A stretch of 64,000 nt of DNA from NCBI RefSeq assembly GCF_009914755.1, contig NC_060948.1. One strand, written 5' to 3'. This document shows, in pieces, positions 27,030-46,061 of this stretch (positions are counted from its first letter, which is position 1; the number at the start of each line of letters is the position of its first letter). This DNA is from the human T2T-CHM13v2.0 reference genome, Homo sapiens. The notes under the pieces are model-generated. The model did not search any database, was not told where the DNA came from, and saw nothing but the letters and a program-made list of their open reading frames with translations. The position numbers and the translations under genes are program-made.

Positions 27030-27425
27030 CTACTCTAGCAATCAAAATCTCAGCCACTTAAGAGATGTGTCTTGTTCATGTCAGTTAAGTACAGTTATGG
27101 GAATGGCTTTCAAGACTCTCTGGTTCACACAGTCATTCAGGGTCCCAGGCTTTTCTGTGGTGTGGCTTTTCTGTCTTATGAGGCTTTGCCATCCTCCACT
27201 GGGCCCTTTGCTTTCAGCCTGCAGGCAAGGGAAGAGAGAAGTCATGAAGCATTCTGCCAGAAGCCTACGGGACAAGCCTGGAAGGGGTATATATGGCATC
27301 TGCCCACATTCCACTGTGTAGAACCCACTCACATGGTCCCACCTATCTGCAAAGGAGACTGAGAAGTGTGATATCTCTGGGGGCGAAAGATGAAAAGGAA
27401 GCAGGGGTTTGAAAGACACCTAGCA
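27030..27425 (-). mobile_element. Old MaLR LTR (MLT1K/L-like)
   Basis: CAGTCATTCAGGGTCCCAGGCT and CCCACATTCCACTG...CACATGGTCCCACCT...TGCAAAGGAGACTGAGAAGTGT. Confidence 0.6.
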
Positions 27426-27504
27426 CTGTTGCTGCTCCATTGCTTTGAGTAACAAATGATGACTCACAGAAGGCAGCCTTTAAGTATTGGCGCCACTGAT
27501 GGAG

Positions 27505-27596
27505 TCTCATTGCTGTAAAGAAATACCTAAGACTAGATAATTTATAAAGGAAAGAAGTTTAATGGACTCACAGTTCCACCTGGCTGGGAAGGCCTC
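27505..27596 (-). mobile_element. THE1/MST LTR fragment
   Basis: TAAAGAAATACCTAAGACTAGATAATTTATAAAGGAAAGAAGTTTAATGGACTCACAGTTCCAC. Confidence 0.8.
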
Positions 27597-28521
27597 CGTT
27601 TCACTGTGACAACTGAAAGATGCATGTGGCATGCTTCTCACTGGGGTTGTATCAGCTGAGTAACATACCTTCTGGGATATCAGTAACACTGACTTTCAAA
27701 CTCAAGCGAGTTGGCTGTGAACAGGCTCCTGCAGCTCCCCAGGCTGGCTGGCCTATTGCTCCACTGTAAAAAGCTATGCCCTGCAGAACATGCTGGCACC
27801 TGGCTTTGCAGACAGATATTCAGGAAGATGTAGGCGCCAATAAGGGGAATTGTGTCATGGGAGGTTCATGGTAATGTAGAAAAGTCTCAGTGAGATGCAC
27901 ATGTTTGAGGGCTAAGGGACAGTGCTACACCTTGTCACCACTGAAGCAGTGAGACAGATCTTGGTAGTGTGCCTTTCATGTTTCAGACTGAAGACTCTGA
28001 GACTGTTGGTCTCCTGTAAATGCAGTTTTGCACTACTCAGACCTAGGAGGGTACCTGCATGTGATGCTCATGGTCATTTTTTTCTCCAAAAAACAATTTG
28101 CAAGAATTTGTGGTCATTTGTCTCATAGATTTACTGCCATTCATAAAGCCTGTAAACATCCCTTAAGAAAAGTTTGGAGAGATCTTTGCTCTTGAGATAT
28201 GTTTATGAAGTTGTTTGCTCTCTATATTTGTAACTTTTCTGTGAATGCTAATGGTTAGTTTTGCATTGGAGACAACAAGAAGACTGTAATCATCTTTGTA
28301 TAATTGTATGATTTTTGTTTTTGTTTTCTAGATTTTGAAGAAAATATTTTAATGAAGAAATCATAGATGGTATTTAAAAAGAATTGATGCTGTTTTTGCA
28401 GTGCTTATACTGAGGTTCAGGTGTGATTTTTTTTTATTGTAAATTCCAGAATTGAGATTTAAGAAATGTTTGCTTAATAGGTATATTTTAAATATACATC
28501 TATTGAATATATATTTATGTA

Positions 28522-28770
28522 GCGAGACAGAGACAGGGTCTCACTCTGTCACCTAGACTGGAGTGCAGTGGCAACATCATAGCTCAAAGCAACCTCAACC
28601 TCCTTAGTTCAGGTGATTCTCCCACCTCAGCCTGCTGAGTAGATAGGACCACAAACACACACCAACATGACCATATAATTTTTTGTATTTTTTGTAAAGA
28701 CAGGGTTTTTTAATGTTGCCTAGGCTGGTCTCAAACTACTGGGCTCAAGTGATCCTCTTGCCTCAGTCCC
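28522..28770 (-). mobile_element. AluJ, truncated
   Basis: GAGACAGGGTCTCACTCTGTC...CTGGGCTCAAGTGATCCTC. Confidence 0.88.
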
Positions 28771-28787
28771 AGAGTTCTCTCTCTCTC

Positions 28788-29208
<421 letters not shown>

Positions 29209-29429
29209 TGAATTGCTTTGCTCATTTTTGCTTAGCTGTTTCCTGTGGTGGCTGTCTGCAGTGTTATAGCCTTTTCTATGCTTTGGTACATCCTCATAAT
29301 AGAGCTCCACTTGGTCTTTGTTTGGTACTTCAGAGTCTGGTGCAAGTTGGTGGTCTTGCTTTCAGTGGCCCTGCTTGTTTCCCTTCCTACGACCCAAATT
29401 CCTCCCCCAAAGAGAAGTTGTGACTATGA

Positions 29430-29722
<293 letters not shown>

Positions 29723-29787
29723 AGAGGAAGGAATTCTTGAGAGTGAGTGCCACAGATTTTTTTTTTCTTACAGGGCTTCAGTGAGGT

Positions 29788-30068
29788 TGGCTTCCTGCTT
29801 GCATAGTGCCTATAATCTCAGGACTTTGGGATGCCAAGGCGGGTGGATAACTTGAAGTCAGGAGTTTGAAACCAGCCTGGGCAACTGGGTGAAACCCCAT
29901 CTCTGCTAAAAAATACAAAAATTAGCCAACTGTAATCTTGGTTACTCAGCAGGCTGAGGCACGAGAATCATTTGAACCTGGGAGGCAGAGGTTGTAATGA
30001 GAAGGGATTGTGTCACTGCGCTCCAGCCTGGGTGATGGAATAAGATTCTGTCTCAAAAAATAAAGAAA
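29788..30068 (+). mobile_element. Alu (sense orientation), diverged
   Basis: GCCTATAATCTCAGGACTTTGGGA...TTTGAAACCAGCCTGG...CTGTCTCAAAAAA. Confidence 0.9.
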
Positions 30069-30071
30069 AGT

Positions 30072-30220
30072 TGTATTAATTGACTGTTTATGTTATCAGT
30101 AAAGCTTCTGATTAACAGTAGACTATTAGAATTAAGTTTTGGGGCATCAAATTATATGCAGATTTACACTTTGAGGGGTTGGTGATCCTAATTACAGTGT
30201 TATTCAGAACTCAAATATAA
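30072..30220 (+). mobile_element. Tigger2-family DNA transposon 3' fragment
   Basis: GACTGTTTATGTTATCAGTAAAGCTTCTG...AACAGTAGACTATTAG...TTAAGTTTTGGGG. Confidence 0.7.
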
Positions 30221-30227
30221 ATAAAAG

Positions 30228-30715
30228 AAGATACTTCTGCACTAATGTTCATAGCAGCATTTTTCAAAGTCAGGTGGAAAAACAAAAAGGTCCCTATGAA
30301 CAGATAGACAAAATGTGATAGAGTCAATGAGAAGAATATTATTCAATCATAAAAAAGAATGAAATCCTAATAATGTTACAACATCAATGAACCTTGAAGA
30401 CTTTATGCCAAATGAAATAACCCAAACATAAACCAGGAAAACTTCTGTATGACTCCACATATATCAAGTACCTAGAATAGGCAAGTTTGTAGAAAAATAA
30501 AATGGAAAAGAGCTTAGCACAGTTACAGCTGAAGAGGAATAGGAAGTTACTTTTTAGTGAGTGTAGGGATGATGAAAGAGGAGGATGAAGAAGATGTGGA
30601 TATAGCTGTACTGGTCATACAACATTGGGAATATACCTAATCCTACTGAACTGCACACATGCAAATACTTGAAATAGTAAATTTTTTGCTATATGTATTT
30701 GCCACTATAAAAATT
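30228..30715 (+). mobile_element. L1MB 3' end
   Basis: ATGTTCATAGCAGCATT, AAAAAGAATGAAATCCT, ATGAACCTTGAAGAC, TACTGAACTGCACAC. Confidence 0.75.
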
Positions 30716-32223
30716 TGATGCCAGTCTTGTGAGTTTTGTGTGTGAGTTTCCTCAGTTAGATTTACTTCAGTGAAGATGGTTTATACACAGTGTGTTTTTG
30801 TTACTAGTCTCCAGGAAAAAAAACCCTGCAATTTCTGCTATGTACAATATGTGAAATGCATAAAGTGTTTAATAGGCATATTATTATATTGCTATCTTGC
30901 TTTTTTTTAATTTGAGGTAAAACTTACATAACAAAATTAACCATTAACTCTTTGATAGTGTACACAATTCAGCAGCATCTTTGCATTCTCAGTGTTGTGC
31001 TAATATCACCTATACCGAGTTTAACACATTTTCATTATCCAAAAATTCTGTACCCATAAGCAGTCATTTTCCATTCTTTATGCTCTCAAGTTCTTGGCAA
31101 CCACTAAACTGCTTTCTCTCTGTTAAGGATTTATGTTTAGATATTCCATATAAATGGAATTATATGATATGAGACCTTTTGAGTGTGGTGTCTTTCACAT
31201 TATGTAATGTGTTTATTATGGTTTATAAATATTGTAGTTTGAATTTCTTTCTGTTTTAAAATTTAATTTTTTAAGAGCAGTTTTAGTTTCATAGCAAAAT
31301 CTAAACAAAGTACAGAGATTTCCCATATTCCACCTGCCCCTACACATGCATAGCCTCTCCTATTGTCAACATCCCCCACTGAGGTGGTACATTTGTTATA
31401 TCTGTTGAACCTACATGGACACATCATGATCACTCAAAGCCCGTAGTTTACATTAGTGTTCACTCTTGGACTTACACGTTCTATGCTTTTGGACTAATAT
31501 ATAATGACATGTATCTATTAGTATAGTATTACATAGAGTCCTTCATTGCTTTAAAAACACTCTATGTTCTGCTCATTGATTCATCTCCACAACCCACCTA
31601 ACCCCTGGCAGCCACTAATCTTTTTATTGTCTTCATAGTTTTATCTTTTCCAGAATGTCATACAGTTGGAATCAAAGAGCATGTAAATGTTTTTTGTTGG
31701 CTTCTTTCACATAATAATATGTATTTGGGTTCTTCCATGTCTTTTCATGGTTTGACAGCTTATTTATTTTAGCACTGAATAACATTCCACTGTCTGGATG
31801 TACCACTGTTTGTTTATTTATTTACCTGCTGAATGATGTCTTGGTTGCTTCCACATTTTGATAATTATGAATAAAGCTGGTATGAACGTCTATGTGCTGG
31901 TTTTGTGTGAATGTAAGTTTCCAGCTTCTGTGGATAAATACCAAGAACTACAGTTGCTAGATTGTATAGTAAAAAATCTGTTTAATGTTTTAAGAAATAG
32001 CCAAACTGTCCTCCATAATTTAGCATTCCCGCCAGCAAAAAATGAGTTTTACATCCCTGCCAGCATTTGATGTTCTCAGAGTTCTGAATTTTGGCCATTC
32101 TAATAGGTATGTAGAGATATCTCACTATTTTAGCCTGCATTCTCCTGATGACATATGATATGAAAGACCTTTTTCATATGCTTATTTACCATTTGCATTT
32201 CTTCTTTGCTGATGTATCTGTAA

Positions 32224-32531
<308 letters not shown>

Positions 32532-32536
32532 TACGT

Positions 32537-32678
32537 TTTTTTTTTTTTTTGCTTTGTTGCCCAAGGTGGAGTGCAGTGGCGTAATCTTCACTTATGCAGC
32601 CTCAATCCCCTGTGCACAAGTGATCCTTCCACCTCAGCCTCCCAAGTAGCTGGGACTACAGGCATACACTACCACACC
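32537..32678 (-). mobile_element. Alu right-arm fragment (J-like)
   Basis: TGTTGCCCAAGGTGGAGTGCAGTGG...CCTCAGCCTCCCAAGTAGCTGGGACTACAGG. Confidence 0.8.
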
Positions 32679-32840
32679 GTACTTGTATTTCTTCTTCTGA
32701 TTGTACAATACTTCACTGTATGGATATATCATATTTTGTTTATTCTTTTAAGAGTTGGACATTTGGGTGTTTTTCACATTCTGAAGCAAATATGAACTTT
32801 AATGGATAAGTTTTTTGTTTTAATAACTGTTTTACAGCCA

Positions 32841-33201
<361 letters not shown>

Positions 33202-35518
33202 TTACTACTTCTGGGAGCAGAGTTACATATCCAGGTGTGTGATTGCTTCATAATATGTTGTTTAACTTTCTGAAGCGCTGTCAAAGAGTTTGCCACAGGG
33301 ACTGCACAGTAGTAATGATTGAGGGGTCCAATTCCTCTTCATCTTTGTTAACACTATTACCTAGTCATTGTGAAGTGGTATTACACTGTGGTTTTGATTC
33401 GCTTTTTCATTCTAATTACTACCACCATTAAGCATCTTTTTTATACACTTATCAACTGTTTGTAAATTATTTTTGGAGAAAGGTCTCTTCAAGTCCTTTC
33501 CCCACTTTTAGTTGGTTTGTCTTTTTGTTGTTGAATTGTAAATGGCAATCATGTATTTAATATTAAACCCTCATCAGACATGGGATTTGTAAGTTGTTTT
33601 TCCTTCTGTGAGTTGTACTTTCAGTCTCTTGGTAGTGTCCTTTGATACATGAAAGTTCTAAATTGTGATGTAGTCTAGTTTTTCTATTGTTTTTTTCTTT
33701 TGTTTCTGTGATGTCGGTGTCATGTATAAAAACCTGTTGCCAAATCCAATACCATGAATGTTTACTACTGAAGTTTCTTTTAAGAATTTTGTGCTTTTAG
33801 CGGTCAATGTTGTTGATCTATTTTGATTTAATTTTTGTATATAGGTTGAGATAGAATTCTAACTTTATTCTTTTTTGCATGTGAATTTTTTCAGAACCAT
33901 AAGTTGAAACTCTTCATTCCACGGTTTCAGCTACCTTATGAACATGAATTGGGTAGAAATATATACCTTAATTTTTGAACTCTAACTTCCACTATTAGAT
34001 AGATACTACTCTAGCCTGGTAGCAATTATTGCAATCAAGAAATATGAGTTCTCTTGGATTTCTTTTTCAGTATTTTTTGGGGCTAGTTAGGGTCTGGTGC
34101 CACTTAATTTTGTTGTTTTTATATTTGTCACATGTACTTCATAAATGCTTTCCATTGTTAATCATATGTGACCAATAATATTTGGTTTATTATTAATATA
34201 TAAATAGTACCAGTATGCTTCTATGCTGTATTTTTCTACTACTAAAACATTAGTTATTTCCAAAAAGTGTAAAATGCTTCTTCATTTGATTGAGTTTTTG
34301 TGTTCATTCATAGATAAAGTTTAATCAGGAAATGAGTATATAAAGAAGAGTAAGTCCAAAGAGGTAAATGAGGAGATATCCTTGTCTAATAAGTGGAATA
34401 GAGTTGGGGAGTAGCAGTGGGTAAGATGCTCCCTCAAGTCTAGAAGTAGCCTTAACAGCCATGGCTTTCTTTTATCAACCTGCCCCTGCTGTGAAGTCTA
34501 CCTGGAGAAGTCAAAGCGCAACTGAACTTAGATGCCAGGGATTTGTTGGAAGGTGGAAACAGTTGTTCTGGTAGCCAGCTGGGTCTTTCCAAGCTCATGG
34601 AATGACTGTGAGAGGCAAATCATCCCAACATGGGTGAGAGGAGAATTAGGGAAGATGGAGGAGTGTATAATAATGGTATCAGATATGCAATAATATCTAA
34701 AGGAGGATGAGATGAATTTAAAAACAAGAACCAACTCCCAGACTTTCATCACAGTGTTCAAAATGAAAGAAAAAGAAAACCTGTCTAGTTTTTATGCAGA
34801 ATTTCTCCCTCGAAATACTGTAATAACTTTTGCAAAAAGGAAAAGGCCTCATTCTGGTTGATTTCAGTGGTTTATTTACTCATGATGTAAAGATTCAAGA
34901 AACTGCCTCTAAAACAGATTTTCTATGACCAGAAGATAATATGCACCATGTGATTCCCTTCCCAGTTTTTTCCCTGAAAAGAAATAGTTATTTTGAAAAT
35001 GTGAGCATTCTTTACTAAGCCTTTGGATTTCTGATCTTTCACAGAAAACTTGTGGTATAAAATAAGATACAATAATTATACAGTACATCAGTGACAAGAT
35101 TCTGTGGAGTAACTGGATGAGATATAAATGCCCAAGAATTATTTTTTCTCCTCACATCTTTCTGTGGCTTTATGCTAGAAGCAGGTACTTTTCTTTTCAT
35201 TAAGTGGGAACAGAATGTGTAGTGTCTTTTCTCTGAGAAGAGAACATAGTCTATAACTAGTTGCCAATCAATTGGGCCTCTTCATATGACTTATTTTATT
35301 TTATTTTATTTTTTATAATACTTTAAGTTATAGGGTACACGTGCACAACGTGCAGGTTTGTTATATATGTATACATGTGCCATGTTGGTGTGCTGCACCC
35401 ATTAATTCATCATTTACATTATGTATATCTCCAAATGTGATCCCTCCAACCTCCCCCAACCCCATGACAGGCCCTGGTGTGTGATGTTTCCCTTCCTGTG
35501 TCCAGGTGTTCTCATTGT

Positions 35519-39345
<3,827 letters not shown>

Positions 39346-39408
39346 TATGATGTTAGTTGGTTATTTTGCTCATCAGGTGATGCAGTTTCTTCCTAGTATC
39401 GATGGTCT

Positions 39409-40421
39409 TTACATTTTGGAATGTTTTTGCAGTGGCTGGTACCAGTTGTTCCTTTCCATGTTTAGTGCTTCCTTCAGGAGCTCTTTTAGGGCAGGCCTTG
39501 TGGTGACAAAATCTCAGCATTTGCTTGTCTGTAAAGGATTTTATTTCTCCTTCATTTACGAAGCTTAGTTTGGCTGGATATGAAATTCTGGGTTGAAAAC
39601 TCTTTCTTTAAGAATGTTGAATATTGGCCCCCACTCTCTTCTGGCTTGTAGAGTTTCTGCCGAGATATCCGCTATTAGTCTGATGGGCTTTCCTTTATGG
39701 GTAACCTGACCTGTCTCTGTGGCTGCCTTTAAGATGTGTTCCTTCATTTCAACTTTGATGAATCTGACAATTATGTGTCTTGGAGTTGCTGTTCTTGAGG
39801 AGTGTCTTTGTGGCATTCTCTGTATTTCCTGAACTTGAATGTTGGCCTGCCTTGCTAGGATGGGGAAGTTCTCCTGGATAATATCCTGCAGAGTGTTTTC
39901 CAACTTGGTTCCATTCTCCCCGTCACTTTCAGGTACACTAATCAGATGTAGATTTGGTCTTTTCACATAGTCCCATATTTCTTAGAGGCTTTGTTTGTTT
40001 CTTTCTACTCTTTTTTCTGTAAACTTCTCTTCTCATGTCATTTCATTCATTTGAACTTCAATCACCGATACCCTTTCTTCCAGTTGATTGACTGGTTACT
40101 GAAGCTTGTGCATTCATCACGTAGTTCTTGTGCCATGGTTTTCAGCTCCATCAGGTCATTTAAGTACTTCTCTACAGTGGTTATTCTAGTTAGCCATTTG
40201 TCTAATCTTTTTTCAAGGTTTTTAGCTTCTTTGCAATGGGTTCGAACTTCCTCCTTTAGCTTGGAGAAGTTTGATTGTCTGAAGCCTTCTACTCTGAACT
40301 CGTCAAAGTCATTCTCCATCCAGCTTTGTTCCATTGCTGTGAGGAGCTGTGTTCCTTTGGAGGGGGAGAGGTGCTCTGATTTTTAGAATTTTCAGCTTTT
40401 CTGCTGTGTTTTTTTCCCCTT
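39409..40421 (-). pseudogene. L1 ORF1 (RNA-binding protein), disrupted
   Basis: KRPNLHLISVPESDGENGTKLENTLQDIIQENFP and TPRHIIVRF. Frameshifted, and the start codon reads AAG. Confidence 0.9.
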
Positions 40422-41194
40422 CTTTGTGGTTTTATCTACCTTTGGTCTTTGATGATGGTGATGTACAGATGGGGTTTTGGTGTGGATGTCCTTTCTGTTT
40501 GTTAGTTTTCCTTCTAACCATCAAGAGCCCCAGCTGCAGGTCTGTTGGAGTTGCTGGAGGTCCATTCCAGGCCCTGTTTACCTAGGTATCAGCAGCGGAG
40601 GCTGCAGAACAGTGAATATTGCTGAACTGCAAATGTTGCTGCCTCATTCTTCCTCTGGAAGCTTCATCTCATAGGGGTACCCAGCCATGTAAGGTGTGAG
40701 TCTGCCCCTACTCGAGGGTGCCTCCCAGTTAGGCTACTCAGGGGTCTCAGGGATCCACTTGAGGTGGCAGTCTGCCCGTTCTCAGATCTCAAACTCCATG
40801 CTGGGAGAACCACTATTCTCTTGAAAACTGTCAGACAGGGATATTAAAGTCTGCAGAGGTTTCTGCTGCCTTTTGTTCAGCTATGCCCTGCCCCCAGAGG
40901 TGGAGTCTACAGAGGCAGGCAGTCCTCCTTGAGCTGCAGTGGGCTCCTCTCAGTTTGAGCTTCCTGGACACTTTGTTTATCTACTCAAGCTTCAGCAATG
41001 GCATGTGTCCCTCCCCCAGCCTTGCTGCTCCCTTACAGTTAGATCTCAGACTGCTGTGCTAGCAATGAGCAAGGCTCCATGGGTGTGGGACCCTCTGAGC
41101 CAGGTGCCGGATGTAATCTCCTGGTGTGCTGTTTGCTAAGACCATTGGAAAAGTGCAGTATTATGGTGGGAGTGACCTGATTTTCCAGGTGCCA

Positions 41195-41464
41195 TTTCTA
41201 CAACTTTTCATTTTGCAAAACTGAAACTGTACAATAAACAGTAACTCTCCATTCTCCATATCATGGCAACTACCATTCTACATTCTGCCTCTCATCATGA
41301 TTACTCTAAGTAGCACATATAAGTGACATTACACAGTATTTTCTTTTTTGTGATTGATTTATTTCACTTAGTGTATTATCTGGGTACAGCATGTATCAGA
41401 ATTTTATTCCTTTTAAAGGATTAATATCATATGGAATTTATATACCACACTTTGTTTATCATGT
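41195..41464 (-). mobile_element. L1MB 3'UTR fragment; target of the MER61 provirus, resumes at 53444-53520
   Basis: CAAAACTGAAACT...GGCAACTACCATTCTAC...TATACCACACTTTGTTTATC, then CATTTGTTGAT...GGCTATTGTGTGAATAATGCTGCTATGA after the provirus. Confidence 0.75.
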
Positions 41465-41802
41465 TTTTAATGGTGGAGGGTGTCCAGGTTCTTGGCATTT
41501 GAACAAAGAATTGGACAAAATGCACAAACAAAGCAAGGAAGGAATGAAGAGATTTATTGAAAAATGGGAGTACACTGCACAGTGTGGGAGCAGGCCTGAG
41601 CATAGGGGCTCAAAGGCCCTGTTAGAGTTTTTGTCAGTTTCAATGCCCTCTACTTGCTGTATACCCTATGTAAATGAAGAGGATGAGAAAATGTTACAGT
41701 CATTTATACTGCGTACGCCCTACAGAAAGGATATTTTCTGTCATAGCTGAAGTGTGAATTGGCCTTGTGTTCCCTGCCTCCAGACTCTATTTTCCTGCCT
41801 CA
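41465..41802 (-). mobile_element. MER61 3' LTR
   Basis: Reverse strand starts TGAGGCAGGAAAATAGAGTCTGGAGGCAGGGAACACAAGGCCAATTCACACTTCAGCTATGACAG. Confidence 0.88.
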
Positions 41803-42873
41803 TCTCCCCTCTGAAGGATGTGATCCCTATAAATATTTATGAGAGCCATAGGGACCATTGCTCTTTTTTCTGTAACTGCTTCATGCTGGCTTTGGGCATA
41901 GTCCCTAACTATTGGGGATCACAGAACTCTCACTCTGCCCTATCAAGTGGAGGCAGGGTAGCTTTTCAATGGCTGGGGTGTTGTCTTCACCTGGCAGTAG
42001 CTGGACCCTTTGTTTCATGATCATCTGAAACTTGATGGTCTCTAGGCAAGAGGAAATAAATTTTGTTAACAGTTTTAACGGGAATTTCAGGGGGTGGATA
42101 CTTATGCTGTCAAGAATGTTTGTTATAGAGACTTGCAGGAGAAAACCAAAACTTGGTTTGTTCTAACATCTATATGTTTCCTTAAAGTCTTAGCATAAAT
42201 GACTCCATTTTGGTTTTGTTTTGTTTGTTAAGGCCTGATGCATGAGCTTAGTCTAAAGCAATAGCCTCCCAGAACTTTGTTTAAAAAATTCCCCCTTTTT
42301 GGTCAGATTCTCAGTTAGGTAAAAGTGTAACCAAAACTTAAGGTCTTAGCACCACTCTGTTACCATCATTTTGGGTTTCCAGTCTCAGAATGTCACTTAT
42401 AGGTTATAGTGTCCTCATGGTTGCAGATTTCTTTCAGCTCTTGTCATTCCAGTTGAAGAGAGACCATCTGACCTTCTAGAGATGGCTGCAGGCAAGCATT
42501 TAAAGCCTTTGAGAGAACACAGCACATCAGGGAGACTATTAGTATGACTATTGGGAGGATAATACCAAGACGTTGGAGTATGCTCTTTACCTAAGGTCCC
42601 CACAAACTAGACCGCTTAAGATAAAATAGATCAAAGAATGAGCTAAATAAAGAATTTATTTGCTTAACTAAGCAGTCTTTTTGTTAATCCCCTACCACTG
42701 AATATCTGTAATCTTCATTTGATGCATTTCTCCATAGGCCACAAGTGCCAGCAGCTGCACAGCTGCCAATTCTATTATTTAGCATAACTTTTATAAGAGA
42801 ATTTAAAGTCTGTTGTGTAGCCACAATCTTTACAGTAGAATGTGTTATAGAGCCTATAATGAGGATACATTTC

Positions 42874-43172
42874 TTTTTTTTTTTTTTTGAGACAGAATCT
42901 CGCTCTGTTGCCCAGGCTGGACTGCAGTGGTGCAATCTCAGCTCACTGCAAGCTCCACCTCCTGGGTTCATAACATTCTCCTGCCTCAGCCTCCTGAGTA
43001 GCTGGGACTACAGGTGCCCGCCACCAAGCCCGGCTAACTTTTTTGTATTTTTTTTTTTAGTAGAGATGGGGTTTCACTGTGTTAGCCAGGATGGTCTCGA
43101 TCCCCTGACCTCATGATCCACCTGCCTTGGACTCCCAAAGTGCTGGGATTACAGGCTTGAGCCACTGTACCC
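42874..43172 (-). mobile_element. AluY-like, inserted in the provirus
   Basis: CAAGCTCCACCTCC, CATTCTCCTGCC, GTGTTAGCCAGGATGGTCTCGATC (Y diagnostics). Confidence 0.9.
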
Positions 43173-44089
43173 CATTGCTTCTTTTATTTTAAATCATGGA
43201 AAAGGACCTAACAAATGTTGCCCTTTTAGAATAGTGAAGGCCTCCTGGTAATGTTCTGATTAACTCATGATGTGGGTTAAGAGGAGTGAGCGAAGTTTTG
43301 TTTTTGATTGATTATGAGACAATACATGTACCATTAAACTTTCTTACCTACATTAGGTCTTCATCTTTTATCTATCGAAGTATAAATTTATTCATGTATA
43401 AGGCTGGATGCAAACTCCTTCACAAGAACACCCCATAAATGCACATAACAGAATGCTTTCTACTTCTATTGTTATGAAATGCAGTAGAGGCATAAGCAAG
43501 AAAAAATATTCAAAGATAAAAGTTTCATGACAGTAAAAGCCTTAATCTGTGAACTTGGGAAAGCTAGGCACATCAATGATGCCATCTTCTTCTTGGGAGA
43601 AATTTCCCTGGTTAGCTTTACCTCAACAGTTCTAATGGGTGCCAAGCTCCAAGAGCATGGAGGGACCCTTCTCAGCTGTCAGATTACAAACCCAAAGTTC
43701 AAGGTCCTGAAGTTTTGTTGTAGAGTGGATGGCAAGGACAGTCTTCCTCTGATATTTTCAGAAGATCCAAACCAAAAAAAGCTTTTTTACCTGGTGAAAA
43801 TATACTGTAGCATAATAATTCATTATTATAACATCAACCCTCTTGCATAGGAAAGCTTTTATACAACCAGAAAAAAATGCACTGAAAATAGCAATTGTAT
43901 GAAATCCTTTTATAAAATGTTTAAATGGCCCACCAGGTTATCAAATGTACCTGAAGCTATAATTGTTTTCCCAGGAATACAGGATCAAGCATTTGTTATA
44001 CATTATTTTGGTAATTTGTAAGTCACTAAACCAATGTACTCAATTTGGATCATTATATCTTTCCCATAATGAGTCATGTAGTGCAGAAC

Positions 44090-44359
44090 TTTTTTTCTTT
44101 TTTTGAGTCTTGCTCTGCCACCCAGGCTGGAGTGCAGTGTTGCGATCTCGGCTCACTGCAACGTCCACCTCCCAGGTCAAGCAATTCTCTGCCTCCTGAG
44201 TAGCTGGAATTACAGGTGTCCACCATAATGTCTGGCTAATTTTTGTATTTTAGTAGAGACAGAGTTTCACCACCTTGGTCTTGAACTTCTGATCTGGTGA
44301 TCTACCGTCCTCAGCCTCTCAAAGTGCTGGGATTACACGTGTGACCACTGCACCCGGCC
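44090..44359 (-). mobile_element. AluS, diverged, inserted in the provirus
   Basis: Alu body flanked by TSD TGCAGAACTTTT (about 44082 and 44363). Confidence 0.9.
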
Positions 44360-46061
44360 CAATGCAGAACTTTTAATAATAAATGCTTTAAGACATCAGG
44401 AAGAACATGGTAGCCATCCTGGTTCTCCATAAGGCCATGCTTAATTAACATTAGACATATACGCTTGAATACCAGTTGTTTTTCCAAATTAGATGCATAG
44501 CACTGACAAGGAATTTTTTTTTATGGTTTACAACAACTTAACATAGTAACCATAATTATAATTGATAGCACATACTTAGACATTAGAATTTTAGAAATCC
44601 CATACAATTTAGGAATATATGTTAGTATTATTCACAAAAATATAACCTAAAGAAGACTGAACATCATTTTGGCAATCCATGTATGTAAACACATCAAATA
44701 ATCTTGTTTATCATTTTTCTGGATGTTTTCAGGGGCCTTCTAATTCATCCAGAAAGCCAGGCATTAGGAAAGACAATTCTGAAAATGAAATTTAATTTTG
44801 AAATTCCATATTACCATAAATTACTTATTTTGCCAAAACAATGACTCAGAAATTTTAAAGAAGCAAAAGCCTTTACTAATCTTGAAAACAGACACACATA
44901 TTCTACTGTTCTTACACACCTTGCATGTAAAACTGTTTCCAGTAGTCTTAATTGTGTGTTATAATGACTAATTTTAACATTAGACCTGATAAGTTATGTT
45001 CTGATAAAGTTTCACTGTTTCCAGCATAGCTAGGGGCATGGCCAACTCCACATGTTCCCAATAAAAAACATCTAGGCTTTGCCTAATGGAAAGCAGGCAA
45101 GTTAAACAATTTTCAAAAGCAAAAGAAGCAGTTTATGACCTCAGCAAACCTAACATTGGAACATAATTTAGACCACATGTTTACATTTTGAAGATATTTG
45201 TATTTTACCAATAATCTTGAAAATCATCTTTATTTCCCAAAGATTGCTAAAGTCACATGAACTAAAAGGCATTATATTTTCTATTTTTCTGACAAAATAT
45301 TTTATTTAAGTTGTTCTTCTCATTAAACCAATAACTTTAAAACTTCACAGAGGAGATTAACCAGTTTGCACAGACAGAAAGAGGCCAGAGACTGGTTGGT
45401 AAGAAATTCTTACACTTTTTCCCACATGTCAGGTTTCTGGGTTCTCTCTCCCTGAGCCCCTCTACTGAACCTGCTGTATGCAAAGAAACACATTGCTATC
45501 AATTAAGAATATTCACCAACAGTTTACAAATGTTGGATAAATTAGGCAGAGAGAGAGAACTATGACTAAAATTCTATTTATGAGAGTATATTAACAGACT
45601 TAATGTATCAGGAAGCCTAAAACCCAAAAAGTTAGTTTAAGGATAGAAAGCTGGCATGCTCCATTAATTCCTGCAGCCTAACAAAGGTAGCTTAGGAATT
45701 CCAGATAAATGGAATGAACAACTAATTTCTAGAAGTAGGAAACAAAATAACTGTTCATAGTACCAAATAAAAGTCTTTCACTAGCATGGTTGTACACGTA
45801 TGGATACACAAGCAAAGCCAGAGGAGAACAAACAGCAAATGAATGAAAACTACAAGCAAAAAACAAATATACCAAAAAAATCCTACATTTTCATACTCAT
45901 TTTACCCTGGAGGTTACAGTGTTATCTAGGGACCCCCCAATACCTGCGTGATGAATATTTTATTCCTGATACACAATTCAATATACTTAATTTCACCGAT
46001 ATCATTATACATCCTATGCAATCAAGAAATCCACTTTCAGCACATGACCAGTAAGTACTCT

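Noticed and set aside
28129-28420. Two exon-like segments (28129-28253, 28332-28420) with AG/GT borders and a 78-nt gap
   Set aside because: Stops occur in most frames and I recognise no protein. Such splice-like motifs are common in T-rich DNA.
35009-35130. TTTACTAAGCCTTTGGATTTC translates to FTKPLDF, similar to the TKPLTF start of the WWC WW2 exon
   Set aside because: No acceptor precedes it, and the following ADC..DELPLGWE motif is absent. Similarity is far below that of the real exon relic, so it is probably chance.
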